From contig CAZCAP010000002.1 in assembly GCA_964496765.1 (NCBI GenBank), positions 66,376 to 98,375 of the forward strand: 32,000 nucleotides of DNA, given 5' to 3'. The position numbers were made by a program, and so were the translations under genes. Positions 1 through 9,504 of this stretch are shown piece by piece. Within the stretch, counting starts at the first letter, position 1. Each line of letters begins with the position of its first letter. This DNA is from an uncultured archaeon. Lineage in GTDB: Archaea; Iainarchaeota; Iainarchaeia; Iainarchaeales; CSSED10-239. The notes below the pieces were generated by a model. The model was not told the origin of the DNA. It made no database searches and saw only the letters and a program-made list of their open reading frames with translations.

Positions 1-299
1 TGCTTATTTAATTGTTTTATATATTTATCTAGTTTTATACTACTATCCTTTAATTTCTTACTTAATTCTAGCTTATATTGCCCTAATCTTATAATTGTTA
101 TGTTTGTTTCCTGTACGTGTTGCTTTATCCATCTTTTTTTAGACTGTATTTCATTTTTTGTGGTTGTTGCATCTATGTTTTTTTCTTCAAATAATTTTTC
201 TGTTTTTGCTTTTATACTATTAACCTTTCTATTAAAATTATTTCCCCCTAATTTAAATCTTATCGCTTTTAATGCTATAAATCCACCTTTTCTTAATAA
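1..299 (-). CDS. Partial hypothetical protein (Lys-rich, coiled-coil-like) that runs off the left edge; start codon unresolved
   Basis: The reverse-strand frame directly after the recombinase TAA stop (300-302) stays open for all 99 codons to position 1 (..KGGFIALKAIRFKLGGNNFNRKVNSIKAKTEKLFEEKNIDATTTKNEIQSKKRWIKQHVQETNITIIRLGQYKLELSKKLKDSSIKLDKYIKQLNK..). A stop-free run this long is unlikely by chance in AT-rich DNA. There is no in-frame ATG/GTG/TTG. A GGTGG Shine-Dalgarno-like sequence lies at 283-287. Confidence 0.35.
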
Positions 300-1160
300 T
301 TATATATTGTCCAACGGGTTTTTAATTTCTTTTAATTTATTAGTGTTTACTTTTGTGTATATTTGTGTAGTATTAAGATTAGCATGTCCTAATAATTGTT
401 GTATATATCTTATGTTTACATCATTTTCTAAAAGCGCGGTTGCAAACGAGTGCCTTAGCTTGTGTGGACTAACCGCTTTATTAATTCCTGCTTTTTTTGC
501 AGATATTTTTAAAAATTTTTGAACCGTATCTGGAGATAATGTGGATCCCTCTTGATTACAAAATAAGTATTCTGATTTTTGTTTTTTCTCTCTTTCTTCT
601 AAATATTTTTTATAATCAACAACCCAATTTTTAGATAGTATTATTATTCTATCTTTATTTCCTTTACCAGAAACCACTTTTCCTGTATGCTCATTAAAAT
701 CAAGATCACTTATTTTCATATTTATACATTCTGATATTCTAACTCCTGTTGAAAACATAAATTCTATAATTAGTTTATTTCTTTGGCTGCTTGTTGCATT
801 AATTAGATCTTTGATTTCCTTTGGGGTTAGGGTAATTGGTATTTTATTTGATTTTTTAGGGAGCTTTATATTTAGCTCAAGTGGAGTCCTTAGAAATTCA
901 GAATAAAAATGTTTAAGTGCAGATAATATTAGGTTAAGGGTAGCAGAACTAACTCCTTTTTTTGATTTAAGTTGTGATAAAAAATTAACAACATCATCTG
1001 ATTTAACCTCTCTTAGATCTTTTTCAATGTATTTTTGAAATATTCCTAGATACATAGAATACGTTTTTATTGTTTGCTCACTAAATCCCTCTATGTTTAA
1101 TTCATTTTTGAATTTCGTTATTAATTCTTCGTTTTTAGTATTTACTTCCATAAATTTCAA
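300..1160 (-). CDS. xerA: Tyrosine recombinase, XerA/XerC/XerD-like
   Basis: N-terminal SAM-like core-binding region (FSEQTIKTYSMYLGIF) plus the catalytic signature TGVRISE, HKLRHSFAT and LLGHANLNTTQIYTKV (R, H-x-x-R, H, Y). The ORF-track start is TTG at 1160; the ATG at 1151 is more likely. Confidence 0.9.
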   Translation of the reverse strand: MKFMEVNTKNEELITKFKNELNIEGFSEQTIKTYSMYLGIFQKYIEKDLREVKSDDVVNFLSQLKSKKGVSSATLNLILSALKHFYSEFLRTPLELNIKLPKKSNKIPITLTPKEIKDLINATSSQRNKLIIEFMFSTGVRISECINMKISDLDFNEHTGKVVSGKGNKDRIIILSKNWVVDYKKYLEEREKKQKSEYLFCNQEGSTLSPDTVQKFLKISAKKAGINKAVSPHKLRHSFATALLENDVNIRYIQQLLGHANLNTTQIYTKVNTNKLKEIKNPLDNI

Positions 1161-1165
1161 CTCTT

Positions 1166-2074
1166 TTATTTTTTGTTGTCCAACAAATATAACAACTTAT
1201 TGCTTGCTATGTATTTTGGGTTGATTTTTCTGTTTTTTCCAATAAACCCGGTATACTTTTTTGGAATTTTAATATTTTTTGTTTTTAATTTTTCAATGTT
1301 GTTAACAATCGTTTTATTATTTGACTTTTTTATTCTTTCAAGTATATAGTCATCTGTTTTATTAAAATCATCTTCCTCAATTAATTTTAATTTTATTGCT
1401 TTTTTAAGTACTTTAACGAACATCATATAGTTTATCATGTGTTTTATTCCACCCCAATGATTCTCTGCAAAATACTTATAAACACCATAAAATTCTTTAG
1501 CACTCTTTTTATTTTTGAAAACAATTTCCCCATCAACAACTGTCAGGTTCTTATATAATGTTGTAACCTTTTTTTTATCTTTTTTAAAAAATAAGAGTTC
1601 TCTTAGTGTGTAATCAATCCTATCAGCACAAAGGTCTGGTAGATTGTTTTCCAATAAAGTAAATCCCTTAAAGTCTGTTATATCTTTTATTTTATATTTA
1701 TATTTCTTTAATATCTTCATAATCTCTTTATTTTTTTTAATGTATTTTTCAAAAACATCATCCCCATGGGATTCATTATTATTGTTAATGTAATAATCAT
1801 AAACATGTGAAAAAGCTGTGTGAGATATATCATGTAATAATCCAGCAATTTGTTCCTTTATTGGAGCGCCTAACCTATCCAATAACACCATCACCCCTAT
1901 ACTATGATCATATCTCATGAATTCTACTCCATAATGCCATTCCTTAGGTAATCCTTGTTGTCTTATACCCTTAAGTCTCTGAACAGCTGGCGTTTTAATT
2001 AAATCAATAAGTACTTTTTCTTTAATCTTATGTTTTCCGTATACTGCATCTATTATTTCCATATAATCAACCAA
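1166..2074 (-). CDS. HD-domain metal-dependent phosphohydrolase (dGTPase/SAMHD1-type HD superfamily)
   Basis: YDHSIGV ... LLHDISHTAFSH ... DRIDYTLRE is the H..HD..D pattern of HD phosphohydrolases. 302 aa. Confidence 0.8.
   Translation of the reverse strand: MVDYMEIIDAVYGKHKIKEKVLIDLIKTPAVQRLKGIRQQGLPKEWHYGVEFMRYDHSIGVMVLLDRLGAPIKEQIAGLLHDISHTAFSHVYDYYINNNNESHGDDVFEKYIKKNKEIMKILKKYKYKIKDITDFKGFTLLENNLPDLCADRIDYTLRELLFFKKDKKKVTTLYKNLTVVDGEIVFKNKKSAKEFYGVYKYFAENHWGGIKHMINYMMFVKVLKKAIKLKLIEEDDFNKTDDYILERIKKSNNKTIVNNIEKLKTKNIKIPKKYTGFIGKNRKINPKYIASNKLLYLLDNKK
1177..1194 (-). repeat. 18-nt word copy A (exact)
   Basis: The plus strand reads TGTCCAACAAATATAACA. It lies in the last codons of the HD gene (read as L-L-Y-L-L-D-N) and ends 25 nt upstream of the recombinase ATG (1151). 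Confidence 0.9.
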
Positions 2075-2254
2075 ATTATTAAACCAATAATATTATGCCG
2101 AATTAATAATATAAACCTAACGCTTGTATATTTCTTAGTTTACTGGTCCATTTTCAGGTATTTAATACAAAAATAAAACCAAGGGGAGAAGGTATAAAAA
2201 GGCAACCACCTATTAATCTATAACCTTTTAATTTTTTGATTTTTTTGATTAGTT

Positions 2255-2758
2255 ATGTTTACAATATACACTGGTAACGGAAAAGGTAAAACTACAGCTA
2301 GTTTGGGGTTATTAATTAGAGCTAAGGGGGCTGGATTTAACTGTTATTTAGTTAAATTCCTAAAAAAGCAAGAAAATAGTGAAAACAGTATACTATCTAA
2401 ACTTGGAATCCCATACAAAATGTTTGGATCAAACAAATTTATTATTGATAAACCAACAAAAATAGATAAAGAAGAGGCCTCAAAAGCAATTATGTACGTG
2501 CAAAAACTAATAGATACAAAAAAAATTGATTTATTAGTTCTTGATGAAATTAATCTTCTTATTTATTATAAGTTGTTTTCAATTAGGAAAATAAAGCAAA
2601 TAATTAGTGTATGTGAAGAAAAAGAAATAGAATTAGTTTTCACTGGGAGATATGCAAGCAAAGACATTATTGAGATTGCAGATCTTGTCTCTGAAATAAA
2701 AGAAATAAAACATTATTACAATACAGGAATTAAAGCTAGAAAAGGAATTGAATATTAA
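2255..2758 (+). CDS. cobO: ATP:cob(I)alamin adenosyltransferase (CobA/CobO/BtuR family)
   Basis: YTGNGKGKTTASLGLLIRAKGAG P-loop, LVLDEIN, and C-terminal TGRYASKDIIEIADLVSEIKEIKHYYNTGIKARKGIEY all match the family pattern. Confidence 0.85.
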   Translation: MFTIYTGNGKGKTTASLGLLIRAKGAGFNCYLVKFLKKQENSENSILSKLGIPYKMFGSNKFIIDKPTKIDKEEASKAIMYVQKLIDTKKIDLLVLDEINLLIYYKLFSIRKIKQIISVCEEKEIELVFTGRYASKDIIEIADLVSEIKEIKHYYNTGIKARKGIEY

Positions 2759-2782
2759 TAAAATACATAAAAGGTAATTATC

Positions 2783-5374
2783 ATGCTCACACAAATAAAA
2801 AAAATAACTAAGGTTAAGAAAAGAACTGGAGAGACAGTAGATTTTAATAAAGATAAAATTAAACTCGCAATCTCGAAAGCAATGCTCGCAACAGACTCAC
2901 ACAACGAGCTTGTTCTTGAGTCTATTGTTGATAAAATTGTGTTAGTTCTTGAATCTAAGTTTATAAATAAGATACCTTCTGTTGAGGATGTGCAGGATAT
3001 TATCGAATATGTTTTAATTGCAAGCGAGCTTTCAACGGTTGCAAAAGCTTATATTTTATATCGTGAAGAAAGAAGAAAAGCAAGAGATAGTCAAGAAAAA
3101 ATAATTGATTGTGATTTTGTTAAAGCTCTGAAAGAAAAGGGTGTGGATTTAAGTAAGCAGGCAGTAAATGTTTTAAATAACTCCACTCAATTCGTTGATC
3201 TAGGATTAATTATATTTTTAGATAGGTATTCCCTTAAAACAAAAAGAGAAGATATTAAAGAAGGGGATTTAATTATTTGTATAACCAAGGATGATTTCAA
3301 ATATCCAAAGAAAGATATTGGTATTGTAAAAAGAATAGTTGATCATAATCTAATTTTACACATGATTACTGGATTGTATGCTGATGAAGCAAATAATTTT
3401 GAATTTACCCTAGAATTAAGTAAATGTGAAAAGCCATCAGAAGCAGTAAATGACACTTATAAAAGAGTTGCAAAAGCGGTCGCTTCTGTTGAAAAAGATG
3501 AAACTAACAAAACAAAGTGGTTTGAGGAATTCTATACCCACCTAAAGTATGGATATATATCTCCTGGTGGGAGAATACTAACAGGTGCAAGTGTTGATGA
3601 ACTTGGATATACATCTAATCTAACTTTATACAACTGCTTTGTAATTCCATCCCCTAAAGATTCCAGAAAATCAATCATCCAGGAATCAGCATATCACATG
3701 GTTGAAATATTTTCAAGGGGTGGTGGTGTTGGGATGTCCCTATCAACATTAAGACCAGCCTATGCTTACGTAATGGGTGTGCATGGAAGATCATCTGGTT
3801 CTGTTTCATGGGGTGGTTTATTTTCATTTATTACTTCTTTAATTGAACAAGGAGGTTCAAGAAGAGGGGCTCTAATGTTAATGCTTGATGATTGGCATCC
3901 TGATATTTATAATTTTATTGATTCTAAAACAAAAACAGGAATTTTAGAGCATGCAAATATATCTGTTAAGGTTTCTGATTCATTTATGGAGGCTGTTAAA
4001 AATAATGAAAATTGGAATTTAGAGTTTCCAGATTATGAGAACCCAACCTATAAAGATATATACAATGAAGAATGGGACGGGGATTTAAAAGCCTGGAAAG
4101 AGAAAGGCTATCCTGTAAAGGTTTATGGAACTGTTAAAGCAAAAGACATGTGGTTAAAAATAATAACTTCTGCTTGGAAAAGTGCAGAACCAGGAATTGT
4201 TTTCATGGAAAGATACAATAAATTAAGTAACAGTTATTATTATAATAAAATTGTTGCAACAAATCCCTGTGGAGAACAGGGACTTCCACCATGGGGGGTG
4301 TGTAACCTTGGGCACCTATATCTTGCATCTTTTACAGATAAAATTGGTGTTGATGAAATTGGTCCAGTTCATGAACTTAATTGGGATAAACTTAAAAAAT
4401 CCGCAAGAGTATTAACTAGATTTTTAGATGATGTAATTGACTTAACACCTTATTTCTTTGAAGAAAATGAAAGATTGCAAAAAGCAGAAAGAAGAATTGG
4501 TGGTGGGACTTTAGGACTTGCTGAATTATTGATTAAACTGAGAGTGAAATATGGAACACCAGAGAGTTTAAAGCTAATTGAAAAAATATATGAAACAATA
4601 ACAAGCGAGATGTATTTAACTTCTGCTTTGTTAGCAGAAGAAAAGGGTTTCTTTCCAAAATTTGATAAAGAAAAATATTTAAATGGAAGATTTGTTAGAG
4701 AACTCCCAAAAGAAGTTTTAGACAAGATTAGAGAAAAAGGTATGAGGAACGTAAGTTTAACAACCCAGGCGCCAACAGGCTCAACAGGGACAATGCTCGG
4801 AACATCAACAGGAATTGAACCCTACTTTGCATTTCAATTTTATAGGCAATCCAGACTTGGATTCCATAAAGTGAATACTCCTTTAGCTCAGGATTATGAA
4901 AAAAATGGAGTTCTTCCTGATTTCTTTGTATCTGCAATGGATTTAAGTCCAGATGATCACATAAAAGTCCAAGCAGCAATACAGAAATGGACAGATTCAT
5001 CAATAAGCAAAACCGCAAATGTTCCTGCTGATTTCACTATTGAACAAACTGGAGAATTATATATTAAAGCCTATGAACTTGGATGTAAGGGTGTAACCAT
5101 TTATAGAGACTCATCTAGAGATGAACAAGTTCTTTCAATGGATGAAAATCAAGGAAAAAAGAATGAAGAATCAACAATAAAAAAAAGAGATGAAAAAAAT
5201 AAAAAAAATAATCTAAGAGAAAAAGAACAAGCTCCAAATGAAAATGTAACCTATGGAGTAGATTCTGGAAATACCTGTCCAAATTGTAGGAAAGGTATAA
5301 TGATTAAACTTGGTGGATGCACAGAGTGTTCGCAAGGGTGTGGGTTTAAGGGTGCCTGTGATCTTAAAACATAA
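2783..5374 (+). CDS. nrdJ: Adenosylcobalamin-dependent (class II) ribonucleoside reductase
   Basis: N-terminal ATP-cone (VKKRTGETVDFNKDKIKLAISKA), active-site loop ATNPCGEQGLPPWGVCNLG, and a Lys/Glu-rich linker followed by the Cys-rich tail CPNCRKG..GGCTECSQGCGFKGAC typical of class II RNRs. The SD AAGGT lies 7 nt upstream of the start. Confidence 0.95.
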   Translation: MLTQIKKITKVKKRTGETVDFNKDKIKLAISKAMLATDSHNELVLESIVDKIVLVLESKFINKIPSVEDVQDIIEYVLIASELSTVAKAYILYREERRKARDSQEKIIDCDFVKALKEKGVDLSKQAVNVLNNSTQFVDLGLIIFLDRYSLKTKREDIKEGDLIICITKDDFKYPKKDIGIVKRIVDHNLILHMITGLYADEANNFEFTLELSKCEKPSEAVNDTYKRVAKAVASVEKDETNKTKWFEEFYTHLKYGYISPGGRILTGASVDELGYTSNLTLYNCFVIPSPKDSRKSIIQESAYHMVEIFSRGGGVGMSLSTLRPAYAYVMGVHGRSSGSVSWGGLFSFITSLIEQGGSRRGALMLMLDDWHPDIYNFIDSKTKTGILEHANISVKVSDSFMEAVKNNENWNLEFPDYENPTYKDIYNEEWDGDLKAWKEKGYPVKVYGTVKAKDMWLKIITSAWKSAEPGIVFMERYNKLSNSYYYNKIVATNPCGEQGLPPWGVCNLGHLYLASFTDKIGVDEIGPVHELNWDKLKKSARVLTRFLDDVIDLTPYFFEENERLQKAERRIGGGTLGLAELLIKLRVKYGTPESLKLIEKIYETITSEMYLTSALLAEEKGFFPKFDKEKYLNGRFVRELPKEVLDKIREKGMRNVSLTTQAPTGSTGTMLGTSTGIEPYFAFQFYRQSRLGFHKVNTPLAQDYEKNGVLPDFFVSAMDLSPDDHIKVQAAIQKWTDSSISKTANVPADFTIEQTGELYIKAYELGCKGVTIYRDSSRDEQVLSMDENQGKKNEESTIKKRDEKNKKNNLREKEQAPNENVTYGVDSGNTCPNCRKGIMIKLGGCTECSQGCGFKGACDLKT

Positions 5375-5395
5375 TAAAATGTAATTTGATAAAAT

Positions 5396-5833
5396 ATGAT
5401 TAAAGTAAAAAGATTAACAGAAAGTGCAAGACTTCCAGAAAAAGCACATGAAACAGATGCTGGGTTTGATTTATTTTCAGATGTTGACCTAGTTATTCCT
5501 CCAAAATCTAGAGGAACAGTATCTACGGGAATCACAATGGTACTTCCAGAGATACCCTATCCAATTTTTAATACTTATTTGAGAATTGCTCCTAGAAGTG
5601 GATTATCCGCAAAGAAAGGAATAGATGTTTTTGCAGGAGTAATTGATTTAGAATATAGAGGAGAACTATTAGTTTGCCTTTTCAATTCCAGTGATGAAGT
5701 GTTTGAAATAAAGAAGGGAGATAAAATTGCTCAAATAATCCCAACAATTATTTTAAATGATAAAATTCAAGAAGTAGAAGAGATAGATGACACAGAGAGG
5801 GGAGCAAAAGGTTTTGGCTCTTCTGGTCAATAA
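5396..5833 (+). CDS. dut: dUTP diphosphatase (trimeric dUTPase)
   Basis: Motifs DAGFDL, APRSGLS, GVIDLEYRGE and the C-terminal RGAKGFGSSG are present. Confidence 0.9.
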   Translation: MIKVKRLTESARLPEKAHETDAGFDLFSDVDLVIPPKSRGTVSTGITMVLPEIPYPIFNTYLRIAPRSGLSAKKGIDVFAGVIDLEYRGELLVCLFNSSDEVFEIKKGDKIAQIIPTIILNDKIQEVEEIDDTERGAKGFGSSGQ

Positions 5834-5840
5834 CCTTTCT

Positions 5841-5858
5841 TGTTATATTTCTTGGACA
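5841..5858 (+). repeat. 18-nt word copy E (TGTTATATTTcTTGGACA, one mismatch)
   Basis: Read directly. Intergenic, 8 nt after the dut stop and 116 nt before the KaiC-like start; same orientation as the flanking genes. Confidence 0.8.
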
Positions 5859-5974
5859 CTTTCTTTCTATTTTTATTTATTTAGCTTAAATAAACCTCTT
5901 TTTAAGTTTAATTTCTCCTATATTATATACAGATACTAAAATCTAATTATTAATATAAATGAGGTGTATGAATT

Positions 5975-6676
5975 ATGGAAAGAGTTCCAACAGGAGTAAA
6001 AGGTTTTGATGAATTAATCCAGGGAGGTATTCCAAAAGGTGGTACCGTTCTTGTATCAGGAGGAACTGGTTCAGGTAAAACTATTTTTGCAACAACTTTT
6101 ATTTATGAGGGTGCAAGAAAATACGGAGAACCAGGTTTAATAGTTACAGTTGAAGATAATCTAAAAAACTTTGTATGGAATATGGAAAACTTTGGATGGG
6201 ATATTAAATCTCTAGAAGAAAAAAATCTAATGAAAATATACAGAATGCACATTGATCCAAGAAAACCAGTGGAACCACAAATAGATAAGGAACTAGATAT
6301 AATCACATCAATGGTTAAAGATTTAGGGGCAGTTAGGCTCGCTGTTGATTCAACAACCGCTTTTGGTGCTTGGATGTCAGACATTGGAAAACTAAGAAAT
6401 CTTTTGTTTAGGTTTTCAGATACTCTAAAAGATTTAAATTGTACAACTGTTCTCACTGCAGAAACAAACGGTCAGGATTTTTCTGCCTATGGTGTTGAAG
6501 AATTCGTTGTTGATGGAATTTTTATGATGTATTTTATTCCTCCAAACAGATCAATGTTTGTTAGAAAACTAAGAGGAACAAGACACTCATTAACAGTTCA
6601 TCCTTGTCAGATAACATCCACAGGAGTAGAAATAAATCCAAAAGATGAAATCATGTGGAGTGCAATCAAGCAATAG
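5975..6676 (+). CDS. KaiC-like / RecA-superfamily ATPase (single domain)
   Basis: VPTGVKGFDELIQGGIPKGGTVLVSGGTGSGKT Walker A in a KaiC/RadB-like context. 233 aa. The SD GAGGTG lies 8 nt upstream. Confidence 0.8.
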   Translation: MERVPTGVKGFDELIQGGIPKGGTVLVSGGTGSGKTIFATTFIYEGARKYGEPGLIVTVEDNLKNFVWNMENFGWDIKSLEEKNLMKIYRMHIDPRKPVEPQIDKELDIITSMVKDLGAVRLAVDSTTAFGAWMSDIGKLRNLLFRFSDTLKDLNCTTVLTAETNGQDFSAYGVEEFVVDGIFMMYFIPPNRSMFVRKLRGTRHSLTVHPCQITSTGVEINPKDEIMWSAIKQ

Positions 6677-7107
6677 TAAATTTTTTTGATTATCTTTTGC
6701 TCAAGAGATATATTTATAAATGTGTAGTTCATAATTTATTTATTAATATAAAAATTAAAGGTGAAAATAATGATAATTATACAGTTACAGTTAATGCTAC
6801 TGCAAATTGTTTAGATTTTAATATGGATAAACCAACAGGGGTTGGGAAAAAAATTACTTTTGCTGGAATTAATGCCACAGGAAATGCAAAAAGTGTTTTA
6901 AATAATGTCGAAAACACTATAGTTATAACTAGTAGTGATTCTGAACCATTACAAGACCCTGGTACTGATGCGGCTGGGTTCGGGTTTTGCTGTAGTGGTG
7001 CAACTGCTGGCGGTGGATGGCTAGAATGTTCCGCTGTAAATTGTGTTCCTGATTGTGTTAATATTTGTGCGGGATGGGTAAGTACAAAGACTTATAACCC
7101 ACAATAA
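6655..7107 (+). CDS. Small hypothetical protein with a Gly/Cys-rich C-terminus; start uncertain
   Basis: Long open frame convergent with cdc48. The C-terminal 43 aa are GFGFCCSGATAGGGWLECSAVNCVPDCVNICAGWVSTKTYNPQ (6 Cys in 27 residues), locally much more GC-rich than the surroundings. The ATG at 6655 overlaps the KaiC-like gene by 22 nt; the next in-frame ATG is 6823. Confidence 0.45.
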   Translation: MECNQAIVNFFDYLLLKRYIYKCVVHNLFINIKIKGENNDNYTVTVNATANCLDFNMDKPTGVGKKITFAGINATGNAKSVLNNVENTIVITSSDSEPLQDPGTDAAGFGFCCSGATAGGGWLECSAVNCVPDCVNICAGWVSTKTYNPQ

Positions 7108-7116
7108 ATAATTAGT

Positions 7117-9318
7117 TTAAGCAATTCCCTTATCTTCTTGGGTTTTGCTTTTCTTATTATTTCCTTTTTTTTCTTTTTCTATTTCCATAATCTTATCAAT
7201 CGCACTATTGAAATCTTCTTTTGTTATTCTTATCTCTGATTTATCTTTTTTGTGTTCTTCAATAATAGCTCTTCTTATTGCCATCATTCCTGCTTCTCTT
7301 GCAATTGCTTCAATATCAGCACCACTAGTTCCTTCTGTTTTTTTTGCAAGCTCTTTAGGTGTTATCTTATTATCTATTTTCATGGTCTTTAAATAAACTT
7401 CAAATATTTTTTCCCTTGATTGAATATTAGGAAGAGGAACATACATTTTAATATCAAATCTTCCTGGTCTTAGGAATGCCTGATCAATTATATCAGCTCT
7501 GTTCGTTGCACCAATAATAACAATATCTTTGAGATTAGATATTCCATCCATTTCTGTTAATATTTGAGCAACCACGTTATTCTGAACACCACTTGACATG
7601 TCATTGCTTGTTCTTGTGCTTGTTATTGCATCAATCTCATCAAAAAAGATGATTGATGGAGCAAGTTGTCTTGCTTTCTTAAACAATTCTCTTATTTTCT
7701 TTTCAGATTCTCCAACCCATTTATTAAAGATCTCTGGACCCTTAACAGAAATAAAGTTCGCATTTGATTCTGTTGCAACTGCTTTTGCTAGAAGTGTTTT
7801 TCCTGTTCCTGGAGGTCCATAAAGAAGAATTCCTTTTGGAGCATCAATTCCAATATCTTTAAATAAATCTTTGTGCTTTAGTGGCCATTCAATCATTTCC
7901 TTTAATTGTTGCTTTTGTTCTTCTAGTCCACCTATGTCATTCCAAGAAACATTAGGTATTTGAACAATCACTTCTCTAATTGCACTTGGTTCAACAACAT
8001 TTAATGCATCTAAAAAATCAGTGTGTGTTATAACAAGCTCATCAAGAAGTTCTCTTGATAGGTGTTTGCTTGACTCTTTACTTATTTTTGGCATTAATCT
8101 TTTAATTGCTTTTAGTGCAGCTTCCTTACAAAGCGCATTAAGGTCAGCACCAGAAAAGCCATTAGTTAATTCAACAATTTCATTTAGGTTTACGTTTACA
8201 AGTGGCATACCTCTAATGTGTACTTGTAATATTTCTGTTCTCCCGATCCTATCAGGTATACTTATTTCAAGTTCCCTATCAAACCTTCCAGGTCTTCTTA
8301 GAGCGGGATCAACTGCTTCTGGTATGTTTGTTGCTCCAATCACAACCACATCCCCACGATTAGACATTCCATCCATTAGTGTAAGAAGCTGAGCAACAAT
8401 TCTTTTTTCTGTCTCTCCATGTATGTTCTCTCTTCTAGGTGCAATCGCATCAATTTCATCAATAAAAATAATTGCTGGTGCCTTTTCTTCTGCTTCCTTA
8501 AATATGTTTCTTAAATTTTCTTCGGATTTCCCATAAACCCCAGAAACAATTTCTGGTCCATTAATTGTTGTGAAGTAGGCATCAGTTTCTCCTGCAACTG
8601 CTTTTGCTAGAAGTGTTTTTCCTGTTCCTGGTGGGCCATAGAGAAGAACACCTTTAGGTGGGGATATTCCGAGTTTTTTAAATATTTCTGGTCTTTTTAT
8701 TGGTAGTTCAACCATTTCTCTAATTGCTTCTATTTCTTTTCTAAGACCACCAATATCATCATAGGTTATGCTTATCTTATGTGCTTGCTCTGGTTCTTCT
8801 GAAACAACTAGTTTTGTATCATCTGTTATTCTTACTGCTCCTTTAGGAATTGTTTTAGTTACAATTAATTGCAGATCTCTGTATCCATCAGCAGTGAGAA
8901 TAGGTAATCCTGGTATCTTAATCATATTATTTTCAATAATATTTTGATTAACTATTTTGTCTTTAATATACCCAATAATGTCTGAACTTAATTTTATTTT
9001 TTTATCTTTATCAATAACTGGTGCTAGGTTAACTGTGTTTGCTCCTGTACAAATCACTTTTTCAATGTAAACATCCTCATCAATTCCTGCACCTATATTG
9101 TATCTAATTAGGCCATCAATTCTTATTGTATTTAACCCAGTATCTTCCACATTTCCTTTGATTGCATAAACAATTGCTGATTTTATTCCATCTATCTTTA
9201 GAGTATCCCCTGCAGATAGCTTAAGCTTATCAAAAACAATTGGATCAATTTTAGCTATTCCTTTTCCTACATCTTTAATATCGTTTTCCTTAACAGTAAG
9301 AATTATTTTTTCTGGCAT
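7117..9318 (-). CDS. cdc48: AAA+ ATPase Cdc48/VCP (two AAA domains plus an N domain)
   Basis: Two Walker A motifs ([15 protein letters not shown]), Walker [10 protein letters not shown] and IIFFDEIDA, and a double-psi-barrel-like N domain. 733 aa. Confidence 0.95.
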   Translation of the reverse strand: MPEKIILTVKENDIKDVGKGIAKIDPIVFDKLKLSAGDTLKIDGIKSAIVYAIKGNVEDTGLNTIRIDGLIRYNIGAGIDEDVYIEKVICTGANTVNLAPVIDKDKKIKLSSDIIGYIKDKIVNQNIIENNMIKIPGLPILTADGYRDLQLIVTKTIPKGAVRITDDTKLVVSEEPEQAHKISITYDDIGGLRKEIEAIREMVELPIKRPEIFKKLGISPPKGVLLYGPPGTGKTLLAKAVAGETDAYFTTINGPEIVSGVYGKSEENLRNIFKEAEEKAPAIIFIDEIDAIAPRRENIHGETEKRIVAQLLTLMDGMSNRGDVVVIGATNIPEAVDPALRRPGRFDRELEISIPDRIGRTEILQVHIRGMPLVNVNLNEIVELTNGFSGADLNALCKEAALKAIKRLMPKISKESSKHLSRELLDELVITHTDFLDALNVVEPSAIREVIVQIPNVSWNDIGGLEEQKQQLKEMIEWPLKHKDLFKDIGIDAPKGILLYGPPGTGKTLLAKAVATESNANFISVKGPEIFNKWVGESEKKIRELFKKARQLAPSIIFFDEIDAITSTRTSNDMSSGVQNNVVAQILTEMDGISNLKDIVIIGATNRADIIDQAFLRPGRFDIKMYVPLPNIQSREKIFEVYLKTMKIDNKITPKELAKKTEGTSGADIEAIAREAGMMAIRRAIIEEHKKDKSEIRITKEDFNSAIDKIMEIEKEKKGNNKKSKTQEDKGIA

Positions 9319-9355
9319 AATTGGTTTCTCTTTTTTTAAATTTCTATATTTTTAG

Positions 9356-9373
9356 TGTCCAACAAATATAACA
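9356..9373 (-). repeat. 18-nt word copy B (exact)
   Basis: The plus strand reads TGTCCAACAAATATAACA. Intergenic, ending 37 nt upstream of the cdc48 ATG and just downstream of a hairpin (9397-9413, TTATCCT-aat-AGGATAA) plus T-run that probably terminates topA. Confidence 0.9.
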
Positions 9374-9504
9374 AAAAACACTTTATTATATTTTTGTTAT
9401 CCTAATAGGATAAGGAGGCACAGGATTAAAAGGTTTTTGGAAAAAGCTTATAAAATTTTCATAAAATATAACTAGTTTATTACTAAAAGTGAGTATTTGT
9501 ATAG

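Noticed and set aside
100-522. 140-aa plus-strand ORF from the six-frame track
   Set aside because: It is antisense to the recombinase gene and to the left-edge ORF. It is Phe/Leu/Cys-rich low-complexity sequence typical of the reverse frame of AT-rich coding DNA, with no motif.
2075-2254. Possible cobalamin riboswitch upstream of cobO-nrdJ
   Set aside because: There is no B12-box-like element and no extended GC-paired structure. The region looks like a plain AT-rich divergent promoter.
5975-6676. KaiC-like ATPase as archaellum ArlH/FlaH
   Set aside because: It lies 9 kb from the filament locus and on the far side of unrelated genes. No archaellin or ArlF/G genes are present. Single-domain KaiC-like ATPases are common in archaea.
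6770-6814. 14-codon ORF (MIIIQLQLMLLQIV) with an ideal SD/ATG spacing
   Set aside because: It is too short and low-complexity to call a gene. It is mentioned only because it complicates start assignment of the Cys-rich ORF.
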